The notes under the pieces were generated by a model. That model saw only the letters and a program-made list of their open reading frames with translations, did not search any database and had not been told where the DNA came from. This document shows positions 52,041 to 64,000 of a stretch of DNA of 64,000 nucleotides, piece by piece. Origin of the DNA: Rhizophagus irregularis (taxonomy: Eukaryota); NCBI RefSeq assembly GCF_026210795.1, contig NC_089433.1:992001-1056000 (forward strand). Reading direction: 5' to 3'. Numbering within the stretch: position 1 is the first letter of the stretch; each line of letters begins with the position of its first letter. The translations under genes and the position numbers were made by a program.

Positions 52041-53293
52041 AATGAACTTAAAACCGTATAGTAAATTGCGCACACAAATAATATTAGCTGTTACATGAAC
52101 AAAAATATTAAATTCTTTAAATTTATCATAATTTTAGTGATAAATAGGTCAATAAAAATGATTAACATTCATGATACATTTTAGCGAAGAATCGTGATAT
52201 ACGGTAGCCAACGAAAATGATCAGCGTTTATTACACTAATCAAACTATAGATAAATTATTTAATTTTTTCTGATAGGCCAGCCCTACAATCATGTCCTTA
52301 AAATTATTGTTAGAATTAAGGTTAACCGGTAAAACCATTTAGACATTTAGACAATATATTGTCTAATGTGTGCAGAAAATATGAACTACTTTACAAGGTT
52401 AATGATTGCCTTTTTTTAATAATGAAACATGATCTCCTTACGGTTAAATAATTCAAGTAAATCAGATTGGTACAGGTTAATTAACTAATCGATTTATTAA
52501 CTGGTTAAGGCTAATAATTTGACTGGTCACAATAGAATTTTTTACAAAACCTCCATTAAGCGTTAGATAATAGCTTTTTTTGTTAAGCGTTATGCAAAAT
52601 TTGAAAGTTTATGTAAGTCAATATTTATTACGTTTCAGTTACAATGTTACACATGCTTTGTATTACAGAAATTCAATAAAGATTTTCAAAGTACATAAAT
52701 AAATTTTCATCACGTGCATGTCATCATTATACTTTCATTGGTGTAAATTTTTTGACATTTTCTTATATTTAATAAAAAACGAAACATGCCAATTAATTCA
52801 TAACTGTTTGATGTGTGTCATATCTAAGAAATTTAATGTAATTGTGAACAAATAATAAATTAGTGATGTAATTTACCGAACATTTTTCATTGCGCGGTGA
52901 TTTTTAGAAAGATATTACCATCCTTTTTTTGTAATATATATATCGCGATGATCTAAAATTATCCAAAATATCATAAGTGGTTTTCAAATAAATATACTAA
53001 ACGAGTTAATATTTTCTTAAATAGAAAATTAAATTGTTATAACATGTTTATATACGTAATTAGTATAGAAGCTAATCATACTTATTTTGGTTATCTGCAT
53101 TTCTGTTTATTCATATATATTATGGGATGAATTATTTCTTTGTTATGAGGGCCGATAATATTCTAAAATTGTCAAATTTGTAATAAGGAATATCAGTTGG
53201 TTAAATATATAAATAAGGAGATATTTTACCTTTGACTCTATATCAAAAATTCAAAATATTAAAAATAACATTAAAATTTCGATAAAGATCAAA

Positions 53294-55262
53294 ATGGTTA
53301 AAAAACACTTTATTTTTTTATTATCGATATTCGTCTTATTGAATCATGTTTATATTTATGTTGATGCTACGCGTGATTACGCTCCCAGGAACACTGGTAT
53401 AGAGCTTTCTTCTAAAAATATTTTGGTTGGTTCTTATATTGGAGGAAGAAGTCATCTTAAACCAGCACTAGACATTGCTGCTATATTAGCTGAAAGAGGT
53501 CACAATGTAAATAACAAAAATTTCGCTTATAGTATGATTTTATTAATCATTTACAAACTTATCTTTTATCTCCCTATTCAATTCTTGATACGTAGGTAAC
53601 ACTATTAACATCAGGATATTATACGCCATCATTAGAATATCCAAATATCAAACAAGTTACACTAGGACCCGCACTAAATTACAAAGAGATATTAAATTCA
53701 AAATTTCATAAAGAATTTGAATTTAAAGAAATATTACCTTTTATAGAAAATGGAATAATAGCCTACAGAGAAACTTATCAAAAATATAAAAATGTTGCTA
53801 AAGATTATAATATAGATTTGTTTATTTGTGATAATCTATTGAATGAAGCTTGTTTAGATATTGCTAACACTCTAAAGAAACCTGTTGTTGGAATAAGTTC
53901 CTTTTTTAAACGTAATTATGAATTTTTATCATATAATATTTTAATTTGAAAAAATCCCGAATAACATTACTTCTATTAATTTAGATACACTTGGACCACA
54001 AAAAACTGGTCCAAACTCTCCATGTAATGTTTCATTAGAAAATGAATCTTTTTTGGAGAGATTTAAGTGTATTATAGTAAACCCTTTTAATATAGATTAT
54101 ATGATGTATCCTTTTATAAAGAAGTTAAATAATTTCAGAGAACAAGTTAATGCCAAACCTATATATATGGGAAATTCGCAAAAACTCTCTTTGCATCTAG
54201 TTGACACTTTCTTCGGTTTTGAGGTAATTATAATAATTAATCAAACCTGCTTTATTAATACTAATAAAAAAAATATTTTTTTTTATTTAGCTACCACAAA
54301 CATTACCACCAAACGTTCAGGTAATTGATATCTCTTTTTATTTTATTAATATGTAATAGCTAAATAAATATTATTTTTTACTTTAATAGGAAATTGGTCC
54401 TGTATTATCGGAAGAATATCCATCACTTACGTCTGAACTCTCTGATTTTATAAATGCACACGAACGTGTTTTGTATGTAGCTTTTGGTACACGTTTTCAT
54501 GGAACCGTCGATAACAACAACAAGCTTTTACAATCATTCGTCGAAGCAATCAATAAAAAAATAATTGATGGCGTAGTTTGGGCATTAGTTGTAACACCAG
54601 AAGATAGCTACTCTCCGACATTAACCTTATCTGATGGTTCACATATTCAAACTTCGCTAATCCTAGATAACAAACATCCACATATTCATATTTCAAAGTT
54701 TGCACCACAATTCGCTATACTTAATCATACCAATACAAAATTATTTTTTTCTCATGGAGGCGCAGGAAGTTCCCATGAATCTCTTTATACTGGTACTCCT
54801 ATGTTAGTATTACCTTTTGGTGCTGATCAAATGAGTAATGCTGAAAAATTAAAATTAGCTGGTGTTGCATTAACATTAAATAAATTTACCTTGGATGTTA
54901 GTGATATTATAAACAAAATAGACTTTTTATTAAAAGATGAGAATATAAAGAAAAATTCAAAGAGAATGGAAGTATTAGCCAAAATTAATAGCAAGAGAAA
55001 ATATAGAGCTGCTGATACAATTGAATATATTTTACATAGCAGTAGTATTAATGGAGGTGTTAATGAAGAATTTTTAAATGAATGGATTCCTGCTGAATAT
55101 AGGATGGGATTTATTAAAGGAAATAATTATGACATTTATGGAGCTTTTTTTGGTATCATTTTTGGACTTATTTGTGGAATTCTCTGTGTTACGTTCATAT
55201 CAATTAGAATTATTTTAAAAAGAATTATTTCTTCTTGTAATCAAAAACGAAAGAGTGAATAA
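53294..55262 (+). CDS. UDP-glycosyltransferase (GT1/UGT type), membrane anchored, 556 aa, 5 exons
   Basis: Exons 53294-53506, 53596-53911, 53985-54223, 54291-54320 and 54390-55262 join in frame. Signal peptide, GRSH catalytic His, UGT signature FAPQFAILNH...FFSHGGAGSSHESLYTGTPMLVLPFGADQMSNA, C-terminal TM helix and KRKSE tail. Confidence 0.93.
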
Positions 55263-55265
55263 TTA

Positions 55266-55667
55266 TTACATATGGGGACGCCCACAGCAAAAGCCGGGGC
55301 TCGGCCAAAATTTTGATTTTAAAATTTTATTATAATTATATATTTATTAATCCAATCTTTTAGAGAAAAAAAAATTTTTTATTCATAGCATATTAAAAAA
55401 ATATAATATTTTATAATTTATGATTTTTGTATTTTTATTTTATTATATTTAATGGATAATATAAACTTGCTAGAAAAAAAACCAATGTTTTAATGAATTC
55501 CTTGCAAAATTTTACCCTAGTTTGCAAAAAACTGATTTTAAAAATCTTTAAAAATGATAAAATAAATTGCGATTTACTAAATTAACCAATAATATTAAAT
55601 TGTGATTTTCGCAAAATCATGTGATTTGCCGAGCCCCGGCTTTTGCTGCGGGCGTCCCCATATGTAG
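55266..55667. mobile_element. ~400-bp MITE with 39-bp GC-rich TIRs and TA flanks, 3 nt after the UGT stop codon
   Basis: tacatatggggacgcccacagcaaaagccggggctcggc / gccgagccccggcttttgctgcgggcgtccccatatgta (1 mismatch). Confidence 0.92.
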
Positions 55668-56218
55668 TATATGCTGTGCATATATTTTTTTTTTGTATAA
55701 AATTTTCTGTTATTTCATTATTTTAATAAATTAGATTGCAATCACTTGATATATTATTTTAATATCGTCGTTTTCGAAATGGTGTGATAATGGCCATTTA
55801 TTAATCGTTCATCAGTAGCCACCAGTATTTTTTTTTTTTCAAATATACCAGCTTATATACCATTTTGTAAACCGTGGAACAATGGTTGGTACACTGTCGG
55901 TTCTTTAATTCAGCCGGAATTATCAAAAAAAAAAATCCTCGAAAAATCTTTTTTCGAAGAATGTTTGCATTTATCTCAGAAAGATCATTAACTGAAAAAA
56001 ATAAAAACGAACGAGAGGAATAATTAAAAAAACTCATTTTGATTGGTATGGGTTCAATATGTACCTCATTTTTATTTTTTTCGTAATTATACTTGAATTA
56101 TCTTTAAAATAAATTGATTTATAAAAAATTATTTAAAATTATCTCACGTGACAATATAAATTATAGATTTGTAATTCCGGCCGACATCGTCAATTTGGCC
56201 TGAATTAATTCAGTATTA

Positions 56219-56284
56219 CAGCAAAATTCGAAATATACTCATTTAATATAGTGGACAGTGTCCACTATATTTTGAATTTTGCTG
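56219..56284. mobile_element. Tiny pogo/Tc1-like MITE (66 bp)
   Basis: TA|cagcaaaattcgaaatata ... tatattttgaattttgctg|TA. A solo right end of the same family is at 50866-50894. Confidence 0.8.
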
Positions 56285-56512
56285 TAAATTTAAATGACAT
56301 AATGACCTGAATGTACCACGTCCCGACCGTCCCTCGTTCCGTCGTCCCGTATACCCGTATACAATTATAAGAAAATCACGCACGAATTAAGATTTGATTT
56401 AACAAACTTGATCGATTTAAATATTTTAATATCGATATACGTAAAACGAATGAGATAATCGTCGTATGACTTCTCTAAATAAATTTCCATCTAGTAAAAT
56501 TTTCCGATCTTA

Positions 56513-56752
56513 GGCCGGACAAAAAAAAATTTTAGATTCTCGTGACCCGGCCGGGTCAGTTTTTCGAAAAATGGAAATTTTTTTTTTATAGTAAAAAAAT
56601 TTTATCACGTGATTTTAAGTTTTTTGGCCAATGTTGCATAAAAAAATTTTACATATGAGAAAATTTTACATATATAAAAAAAAAGTGCCGGCCGGCCGGG
56701 TCATTTTTAAAATTTTATGTCACGAGAATCTAAAAATTTTTTTTGCCCGGCC
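56513..56752. mobile_element. PIF/Harbinger-like MITE (240 bp), TTA TSD
   Basis: tta|ggccggacaaaaaaaaattttagattctcgtgac ... gtcacgagaatctaaaaattttttttgcccggcc|tta. Confidence 0.88.
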
Positions 56753-57133
56753 TTATATTAAATAATTTTCTTTTATGAAAAGATATTGAAAGATAAGAAA
56801 TCCAGAAATCTTAGGATTCTTTAACATTATTTACTTTTATTAAAACGAAACAAAATAGGTACTTAAATATAATTTGACAATTGTAATTTATTTCTCTTAT
56901 CACCTAAGATACATATAATATTGATATATTAAAAGATGATAATAAACTTTATTATTAAGTCAGATTAAAAAAAATATGAATGAAGTTATAATGGTATGCA
57001 ATTTGTAACTATATTAAGAAATATCTAATGACGAAATCAATCGTCGTCTCGTAAATTTCAATTGATTATTTTGAATATTTAAATCATATATTTTAATCTA
57101 ATATGAATATGTATAATTATTAAATTTAAAAAT

Positions 57134-57922
57134 TTAAATAAGGAAGTATAATATTAAACAAGTAAACATCAAATAAATATTCGATGAAATTATTGAAGCA
57201 CTGCTGAATGGTTTATTATTACCACCAGATTTATTTGGACTCGTAAATCCGCCTTTTTCAAATACAGTATCACTACCCGAAAATGCGACATTTATTGTTT
57301 GTGGATTTGAGAAAGGATTTGTTACCGATAAACAATATTTCGCAGCAGTACCTATAGGAATATCCCCCGTATCTTGATCACATACCGTAACAATTTTTTC
57401 ATGACATGATAATGAATCAATAAAACTAAAACCAGAAGGGCTTTCCAACTGAGCCGAAATTCCTTTACCAGCACCCAATGTAGATGGAATTTTTCCTGGT
57501 GTTGCGATTCCAAAACCTGGAGTAATTGGCGTTGAATCTGGTACTATTCTAACACTATAACCTATAATAATATATACGATTTTTTATTAGAGAGATTTCT
57601 CTTTCAACAAAAAGTGATGGAAGAATTGCAAAAAAAAGAGTTGGGGAAGGAATAATAAATAATACTTACTAACATATTTTGTCGACGTATCACTACAGAA
57701 TTTCCAAGTACCATTATTTGGAGGAACTTTTGCGGTCTTATATGGAACAGTAACTGCACCTAAATCTACTGGTTGTTCTTGAGAGAAAACAGAAATAACC
57801 TGTAATTATAAATTAAAATTCAAACAGATTTAAATATTAATTTTTTTTTTTTTAAAAAAAAAGAACGTGAATTAAGAACATACCAGTGAACTCAAGAATA
57901 AAGCAAAAATCAACAATTTCAT
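57134..57922 (-). CDS. Small secreted, probably GPI-anchored Cys-containing protein (198 aa, 3 exons)
   Basis: Exons 57922-57884, 57799-57670 and 57561-57134 join in frame. Signal peptide MKLLIFALFLSSLVISVFS, four Cys in the mature domain, Ser/Gly/Asn linker and hydrophobic C-terminus. Confidence 0.85.
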
Positions 57923-58387
57923 TTTTATTATTCAAAGGGATTCAAAAAATTAATTTAAAATTATGATATTTAATTTTAATTGAAAAGTTGAAAGCGAAAA
58001 TACTCTCTTTATTTATTTATTTTTTTACGATTACTAATATGAAATACAGGAATAATTGATTATTTCAAATGTATACCGATAAGGTAACATTAAATAAAAA
58101 AAAAAAGATTATATAAATTGATTATGCCATCAAATTGAGGATTAAATTCCGATTTCCGACCAAATTAATAAGAAAAACAAACGCATGCAAGATCAAACCT
58201 TGTTCTTTAAACATTGCATTTGTTTATTATCTTTGATGTAATACCAATTTAATAATTTTTTTCCTATTTAAAGAAATTATCCGTTTTAGTATGAAATTAA
58301 TGTCAGTCAATATTATGAAATTTTAATAATTATTACTTAATGTGGATGTGAAGGTAGCGTTGCCATGTACATGGAAAATCACTATTA

Positions 58388-58850
58388 GTGTAACAGAACA
58401 GATCATCATTTCTCCGTAGTAATTTTAATGTTACTCAAATGTAAATTTTGAAGCAAGACGACGAAACATAATTTATATTCCCAATTAATGAAAATAATAA
58501 ATTTATTCGTAAGTTACCGATTCAGCTATCAAAGTAGTTATATTATGTTGGCAATGTTCTTGTGTGTACCCATCTTTATTGTACACTGACCTCTTTTTCA
58601 TTCCTGATTGTCAAAAAAACTCATAAAACTCTTAGTAGGCTGAAAGAAAAATTTGGAACAGAATTTGTTAATATGCAATAATTCCACAGAGAATTAAATA
58701 ATAATATAACAAATTCACATGAACATTTGTTTACTAAAAATCGTTCGGTGTAACAGAACAGATCGTCATTTCTCCGTTCTCAATTTAATGTTACTCTAAT
58801 GTAAATTTTGATGCAAGAAGACGAAATACAATTAATATTTACCCAATTAA
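58388..58850. repeat. Pair of diverged ~100-bp direct repeats 360 bp apart
   Basis: 58388-58488 and 58748-58850 (gtgtaacagaacagatc.tcatttctccgt...aatgtaaattttga.gcaaga.gacgaaa...cccaattaa). Confidence 0.85.
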
Positions 58851-60289
58851 AGGAAATTAATTAATTCAATTTCATAAATTATTTAATTTATATTATAATT
58901 GGAATTAAAAATGTTTTACTTACAATTAGCCCATTGTACAATGACCATTATAAAACGTTTATTTTTATTTCTCATTTTTGTGTTGAAATTGAACTTCCAG
59001 AAGGAATTAACTTAATTATAATTGGTCAGAATTTTGATCAATATCGATCAAAATCGACTAACAATTACGTCGAGTAAAATTTAAATAAATGTACTTTGAT
59101 AAAATCTAACAGGAAAATATTCTAATATATATTAAAATTAGCAAGTGAAAAATTTTTATATTTATTATTTATTAAAATAAAAATTTAGGTTTTAAATTAT
59201 GTTAATTAACGTCTTACCAAATTTTCGATTTTTGCCCAATTGGATTCACGGCAGGACTTGTGTGGGACAATCAAATCCCAACGGTGTGGCTGTGTAGTGC
59301 AACATTATCTTAAAAAATTCCATTGCCGAGTACCCATGCAAGGTAGATACTACATAATTTTTACAATTATTAATAACTTTGAACAATTTGTCCAAGCTCA
59401 TATCAAAAAAAAAAGGCCGTATACTCTAATGTAGTCGACGGATTTAATTCCTCTCCAGGTTATTTCCTGATGACCTTGCCGGAAGCGCTTTCATCTGAAA
59501 AAGTGCTCTGATTCGTCTAATTTTCACGTTCCTATGGGAATAGATACAGTATAAAAGCGAAACGCTTTATTATAACTTCGTATTCTTAGAAAATATGAGT
59601 TTGGATACAGAATCATGAATCATTACATCATACTAATATGCCATATGTCATGATGTGGCCGGATAATCCTCCTGTAAATGTTTCATAATTAAGTACGGCA
59701 AGATACAAAGCTGTGAGAATTTCTACTGTTATTTTTTTTTTACAATTTACAATAATAAATTGATTAATTGTCGTTTATTTCTTATCTAAGTTGATATCTC
59801 ATCGCGCTCATTTAGTCAACTCAATGAATTTAATCGATCAAGATCGAGCTTAATTCTCTGTGCTAAAAAGTTCTGCGCATTCATGGATAATCAATTGTCG
59901 GGTAATAAAATGCATAATTACGTTTATAATTTTGACTTTCATTTACCTATGTCACAATATAGTTTAGGTTTTATGATAAATAAATTAAATGGATTAGTAA
60001 TTTTAGTAATCATCCTGAAATTGACAGCGCGATCACGGGAACATCTCATTGGCGCTCATTGAATATTCGAAACCGGCTGAAATTTTATGTTCATTTTTTT
60101 ATAAGTTTGTATAGATTTTTGTGAGGCTTTGTATTCTTTTTTTTTTCTAATCCCTAATAAAATTTCATCCATTAGAAAACAGTAATAATAAAAAGTACAT
60201 ATAAATTTACGAAAATCTAAGAATTTATTGCCGTACATAATAATATACGTAAACAAGATGGTGTGTAAAACGTAGTCATATACCTGATT

Positions 60290-60960
60290 TCTTTGATGAT
60301 GTTGAATTCAAATACGACCATAGTAATACCACTGGAAAAGTTTTAATGGTAAATTCGATAATTTGATCTCTTAGAATTATAACCAGGATAATTTAAATAT
60401 AGTTAAGACATTTTAATCAATGAACAATTATTCATTAATTTTTACGGTAATAAATTATTCCTGAGTTCTTTATTTGTTCTAAAGTTGGCAATCGTTCCAT
60501 GAGTTTTACGTGTTTCATTAGAAACATGTTTTGCTGCTAGAATAGCACAATACCGAAAACAGGGTTATAGAAGGTATTTTTTTTTTTCATGTGTACAAGA
60601 TAAAGATACTGAAGAGCTGCGATAGATAATCGATCAAATTCAATACAATTTAAATTGATCAACAAATTTGAGAAAATATTAGTGGTATTGCATCCACAAC
60701 TTTTGATAATAATTCTGGTGAGTAATTTTTTGTACAATTCTTTTCTAAAATATTACTAAGAACTTTCATGATAGAATTCTGAAGGTCTGGTAACTGAAAT
60801 AATTCGCGACGTAGTAAGTTTCAATTATATTATTTTTGTTAAAGAATTTTCTTTAACTGACTATTAGTTCTATATCGCTACATTTTGGATTATTTATTAA
60901 TAATTTAAGTCTTGAACTAATGAAAACCTTACGCTATTTTTTAAAAATTTTTTTAGGAAT
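60290..60960 (-). pseudogene. Deleted and frameshifted tandem paralogue of the BTB-SPRY gene
   Basis: Collinear remnants FSLVQD(L)KLLINNPKCSDI, NIIETYY, IEFDRLSIAALQYL, RLPTLEQI and IKLTIKTFPV match segments of 61814-63217. Confidence 0.8.
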
Positions 60961-61672
60961 AAATATTTATTTGTGATAGAAAAACAAATTTATTTTGTAA
61001 ATAATTTTTTATTCGTACTGTGTGTTGTACTAGCTAAAATAAATAAAATCAGTCATGTGTAAAAAAAAATTTCAAAAATCGTTAGCGTAATATTTTTAGT
61101 CTACGGCAATGCTGCGCCTTCATGGATTGCTCATTTGTGATCACGTGATATCATAAATTTCGTTTTTTTTTTTTTGAATAAACGCGGTGTAAACCTTATG
61201 TACTTATCATAGAACTTTTAAAATGCACGTCCTAATCGTATTTTAGCCTGCTCTATAACTTTACTTATAAGACTAACAAGGGTTTAGTATACTAATTTTG
61301 GCTTTTACATATAATATAATATAGGGGTGCTACGGCTGCTGCGCACCTGCGTATAAATTTTAAATCCTATTTATTAATTTATGACTGGTATATTTCCATT
61401 TGATAAATGGATTCAATATTTTGCATTATAGATTCAATCATCGGGATGTCTTTGAGTGAAGACGAACGGATATCGGGGTGCGCCGTAAAGATTTATAAAC
61501 GATTATGGAATATTTTCATTGAAGTCCACATGCACAAGTCCGAAATTTTAATTCATATAAATTATTATTGTTCTAACAATTTGTAAAAGAAATTTTTTTA
61601 TCTGATGACAAAGGTTAGTTAAAAATACAATTTTATTTAAATTATTCTTTTTTACGATGATAATTTAACATA

Positions 61673-61747
61673 CAGTCGACCCCCTCTATAGTCACCCCAG
61701 GTATAGTCACATCAGTCTAATGGTGTGACTATACAGGGGGTTGACTG
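61673..61747. mobile_element. 75-bp pogo/Tigger-like MITE in the 3' flank of the BTB-SPRY gene
   Basis: TA|cagtcgaccccctctatagtcac ... gtgactatacagggggttgactg|TA (23-bp TIR, 2 mismatches). Confidence 0.9.
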
Positions 61748-61813
61748 TATTTAAAAAAATATTATTGCTAATCTGTATAATAAATAGGCTCCCTTCCAAT
61801 TTATAATCGATAA

Positions 61814-63262
61814 TCAAATTTTTTGATGAGATTGAATTTGAAAACAACCAGAACGATTTACTGATACTATCGGGTAAAGTTTTGATGGTAAATTGTTCCA
61901 TTCTGATACTGCCGGATACTTTATACCATTTACTGTAAAAGAACAAGTTCTTTTATTCATGTTTAAATGAACTGTAATTTTTGTACCATCTCCAAATGGT
62001 GGACAATAATCTTTTACCAAATTTCCAGAATTATAACAACAACCATGAGAACCTAATACCCATCCAGTAGATTGACCTCCCGCAAAAGTTTCATAATCAA
62101 ATTTTTCTGATGCACAAACTCCAACCCAAGCATAAAAACACACTTTCATAATAATGATATCCCATTCAAAAATACCCTTATTTTCTAATATTATTTTAGC
62201 TCTAACATTTTGATGTAAAACACAACTATCTGACGCACATACAACTTTTTCGTTATCCATAATAGTAAGTTTTGATCCACATGCTGACTCATCCCAAGCA
62301 TAATCAGATTCATTAATTCTATAGATTGGTATTCCTCGAATATCATTTAAATCTAATTCTTTACTACTGATAATTATTTCGCTTGGAATAATTTTTAGTG
62401 ATTCAATGATATAAATCTGATCTTTTATTCGCCTGAAATCGATATATTTAACCAAAGTTTCCAACTCGTCGACAACATTCTGATGATCGACAATGAATTT
62501 ATCTTCTACTTCTACTTGGGCAGAGTTTTCTATTTGTTCTAAAGTTGGCAACTGTTTCTTGAGAGTTTTATATGCGTTACTTGAAACTTGTTTTGCTGTT
62601 AGAATAACACTATATCGAAAAACTTCATATTCTGAGGTTACAAAAGGTATTTCTTTATCAAACGTATAAGATAAAAGATATTCAAGTGCTGTAATAGACA
62701 ATCGGCCAAATTCAATACTATTTAATGGAATAGTTGCAACTTCTTCAACCAATAAATTTAGAAGAATGTTAGTTTCTGATAACATTATTGCTTCTACAGC
62801 TTTAGATAATAATTCTGGCGAATAATTTTTTGTATAATTTGAAAAATTATTTTCCAAAGTATTTTTAAGAATTTCCGTAATAAAATTTTGAAGTTCTGGC
62901 AGTTGAAAATAATCCGCGATACAATAAATTTCGATTATATTTTCTTTCGTTATGGAATTTTTACTAACTGACCCTGTATAAATATATTCTAATATAATTT
63001 CCATTTCGGAAGAATTTATCGTAGGAAAAGAAATTTTGTCTTCATAACTTTCTTTCATTCCATTATAAAGTAATCTATCAAATACTTCGGATCTTGCTGC
63101 TAAAATAGCTCTACAACTATATAAATTTTTTTCATTTTTACATAAAATTGTTATATCGCTATACTTTGGATTATTTATTAGCAATTTCAAATCTTGTTCT
63201 AACGAATATCCTCTCATTATTTCTAGAAATTTTTTTAGGGTATTTGAATGATAAAGCCTCAT
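61814..63262 (-). CDS. BTB/POZ-SPRY (B30.2) domain protein, intronless; likely start at 63217 (MRGYSLEQDL)
   Basis: BTB motif YSDITILC..YSCRAILAARSEVF..ILEYIYTG and SPRY-type C-terminus GIFEWDI..WVGV..GWVLGS..FGDGTKITVHLNM..FTVNG..LYPIVS. Confidence 0.92.
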   Translation of the reverse strand: MRLYHSNTLKKFLEIMRGYSLEQDLKLLINNPKYSDITILCKNEKNLYSCRAILAARSEVFDRLLYNGMKESYEDKISFPTINSSEMEIILEYIYTGSVSKNSITKENIIEIYCIADYFQLPELQNFITEILKNTLENNFSNYTKNYSPELLSKAVEAIMLSETNILLNLLVEEVATIPLNSIEFGRLSITALEYLLSYTFDKEIPFVTSEYEVFRYSVILTAKQVSSNAYKTLKKQLPTLEQIENSAQVEVEDKFIVDHQNVVDELETLVKYIDFRRIKDQIYIIESLKIIPSEIIISSKELDLNDIRGIPIYRINESDYAWDESACGSKLTIMDNEKVVCASDSCVLHQNVRAKIILENKGIFEWDIIIMKVCFYAWVGVCASEKFDYETFAGGQSTGWVLGSHGCCYNSGNLVKDYCPPFGDGTKITVHLNMNKRTCSFTVNGIKYPAVSEWNNLPSKLYPIVSVNRSGCFQIQSHQKI

Positions 63263-63601
63263 TATAAATGTTTCATTGTTTATTTATATTAATTTTTTTG
63301 TACTCAGTTACAGACCTACAGTGTTACTACATCAAAGGGAGTTGTGTAACAGTCGTCATACGGCATATGCTGATTAAAGGCGTATTGTTGTTCAGGAACT
63401 ATGGCGTGGCCGTGCCGTACGATACAAAGCATGTAAAAACAACATGTCACTTTGTTTCTTTCATATGTCGATCAACACAAGATAATGACATGTTATTTGC
63501 ATAGTGGCATGTCATTGGTTTTATTAAAAAATAACTAAAATCAACCAGGAGAAATCTTCCTCATAGACGCATAAGCTTTGAAACTTCAATACCAGAATAG
63601 C

Positions 63602-63754
63602 AAACTTTGTTAATAATATGTTACATAGTAAAGCTCTTGGTCAAAATAGCATGTTGTAAAAATTCGTTTGGACGGTGAGAAACTTTGTTAATAATATGTT
63701 ACATAGTAAAACTCCTGGCCAAAATAGTATGTAGTAAAAATTCGTTTGAAACGG
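63602..63754. repeat. Tandem duplication, 79-bp period, 2 copies
   Basis: aaactttgttaataatatgttacatagtaaa...aaaaattcgtttg at 63602 and 63681. Confidence 0.9.
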
Positions 63755-64000
63755 GAAGAATTTTTCTTTTTCTTTTCGCTATTAATATATTTCATTTTTG
63801 TTTTATAAACTAAGATTTTGATATTTATTTCGAATAATTATAGAAGTTAATTCTAACTTTATTTTACGCTCATTATTAAATTAACTTACAGTACGCTCAA
63901 CAAATTAATTATAATTAATAATTAATTATAATTAATAATATTTGGTATTTTAACACTTAGTAGAAATTAACAAAAAGTTTAATATATCCTTATTTGTTAT

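Noticed and set aside
59466..59512. Hammerhead ribozyme or C/D snoRNA (CTGATGA...GAAA/CTGA)
   Set aside because: No proper stem II/III geometry, and the C-to-D distance of about 45 nt is too short.

Overview
AT-rich, intron-containing eukaryotic DNA. The gene content (BTB-BACK-TLDc, BTB-SPRY, Kelch membrane protein, short GT-AG introns, dense decayed transposons) suggests an arbuscular mycorrhizal fungus (Glomeromycota); this is an inference, not a database match. Manual splicing gives intact-looking genes for a Kelch-repeat membrane protein, a KH-domain protein, a two-repeat Myb protein, a UDP-glycosyltransferase, a GPI-anchor-like protein and a BTB-SPRY protein. It also gives a BTB-TLDc gene broken by a MITE, a pseudogenised Crypton-type tyrosine recombinase, and many MITEs with visible TIRs/TSDs, including a three-level nested insertion. 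The most unusual signal is a pair of homologous small genes (8071-8798 and 18724-19494). Both encode Arg-rich proteins with a C-L-x-G-H-x-H-x5-V-x2-C-x-R motif. Each is split by an unusually long, GC-richer intron with many predicted stems. Each intron has two competing 5' donors (one in frame, one giving an immediate stop), an internal segment complementary to its own donor, and a decoy partner for that segment. This looks like a candidate RNA-structure splicing switch. All splice models and pairings were read by eye and are unverified.
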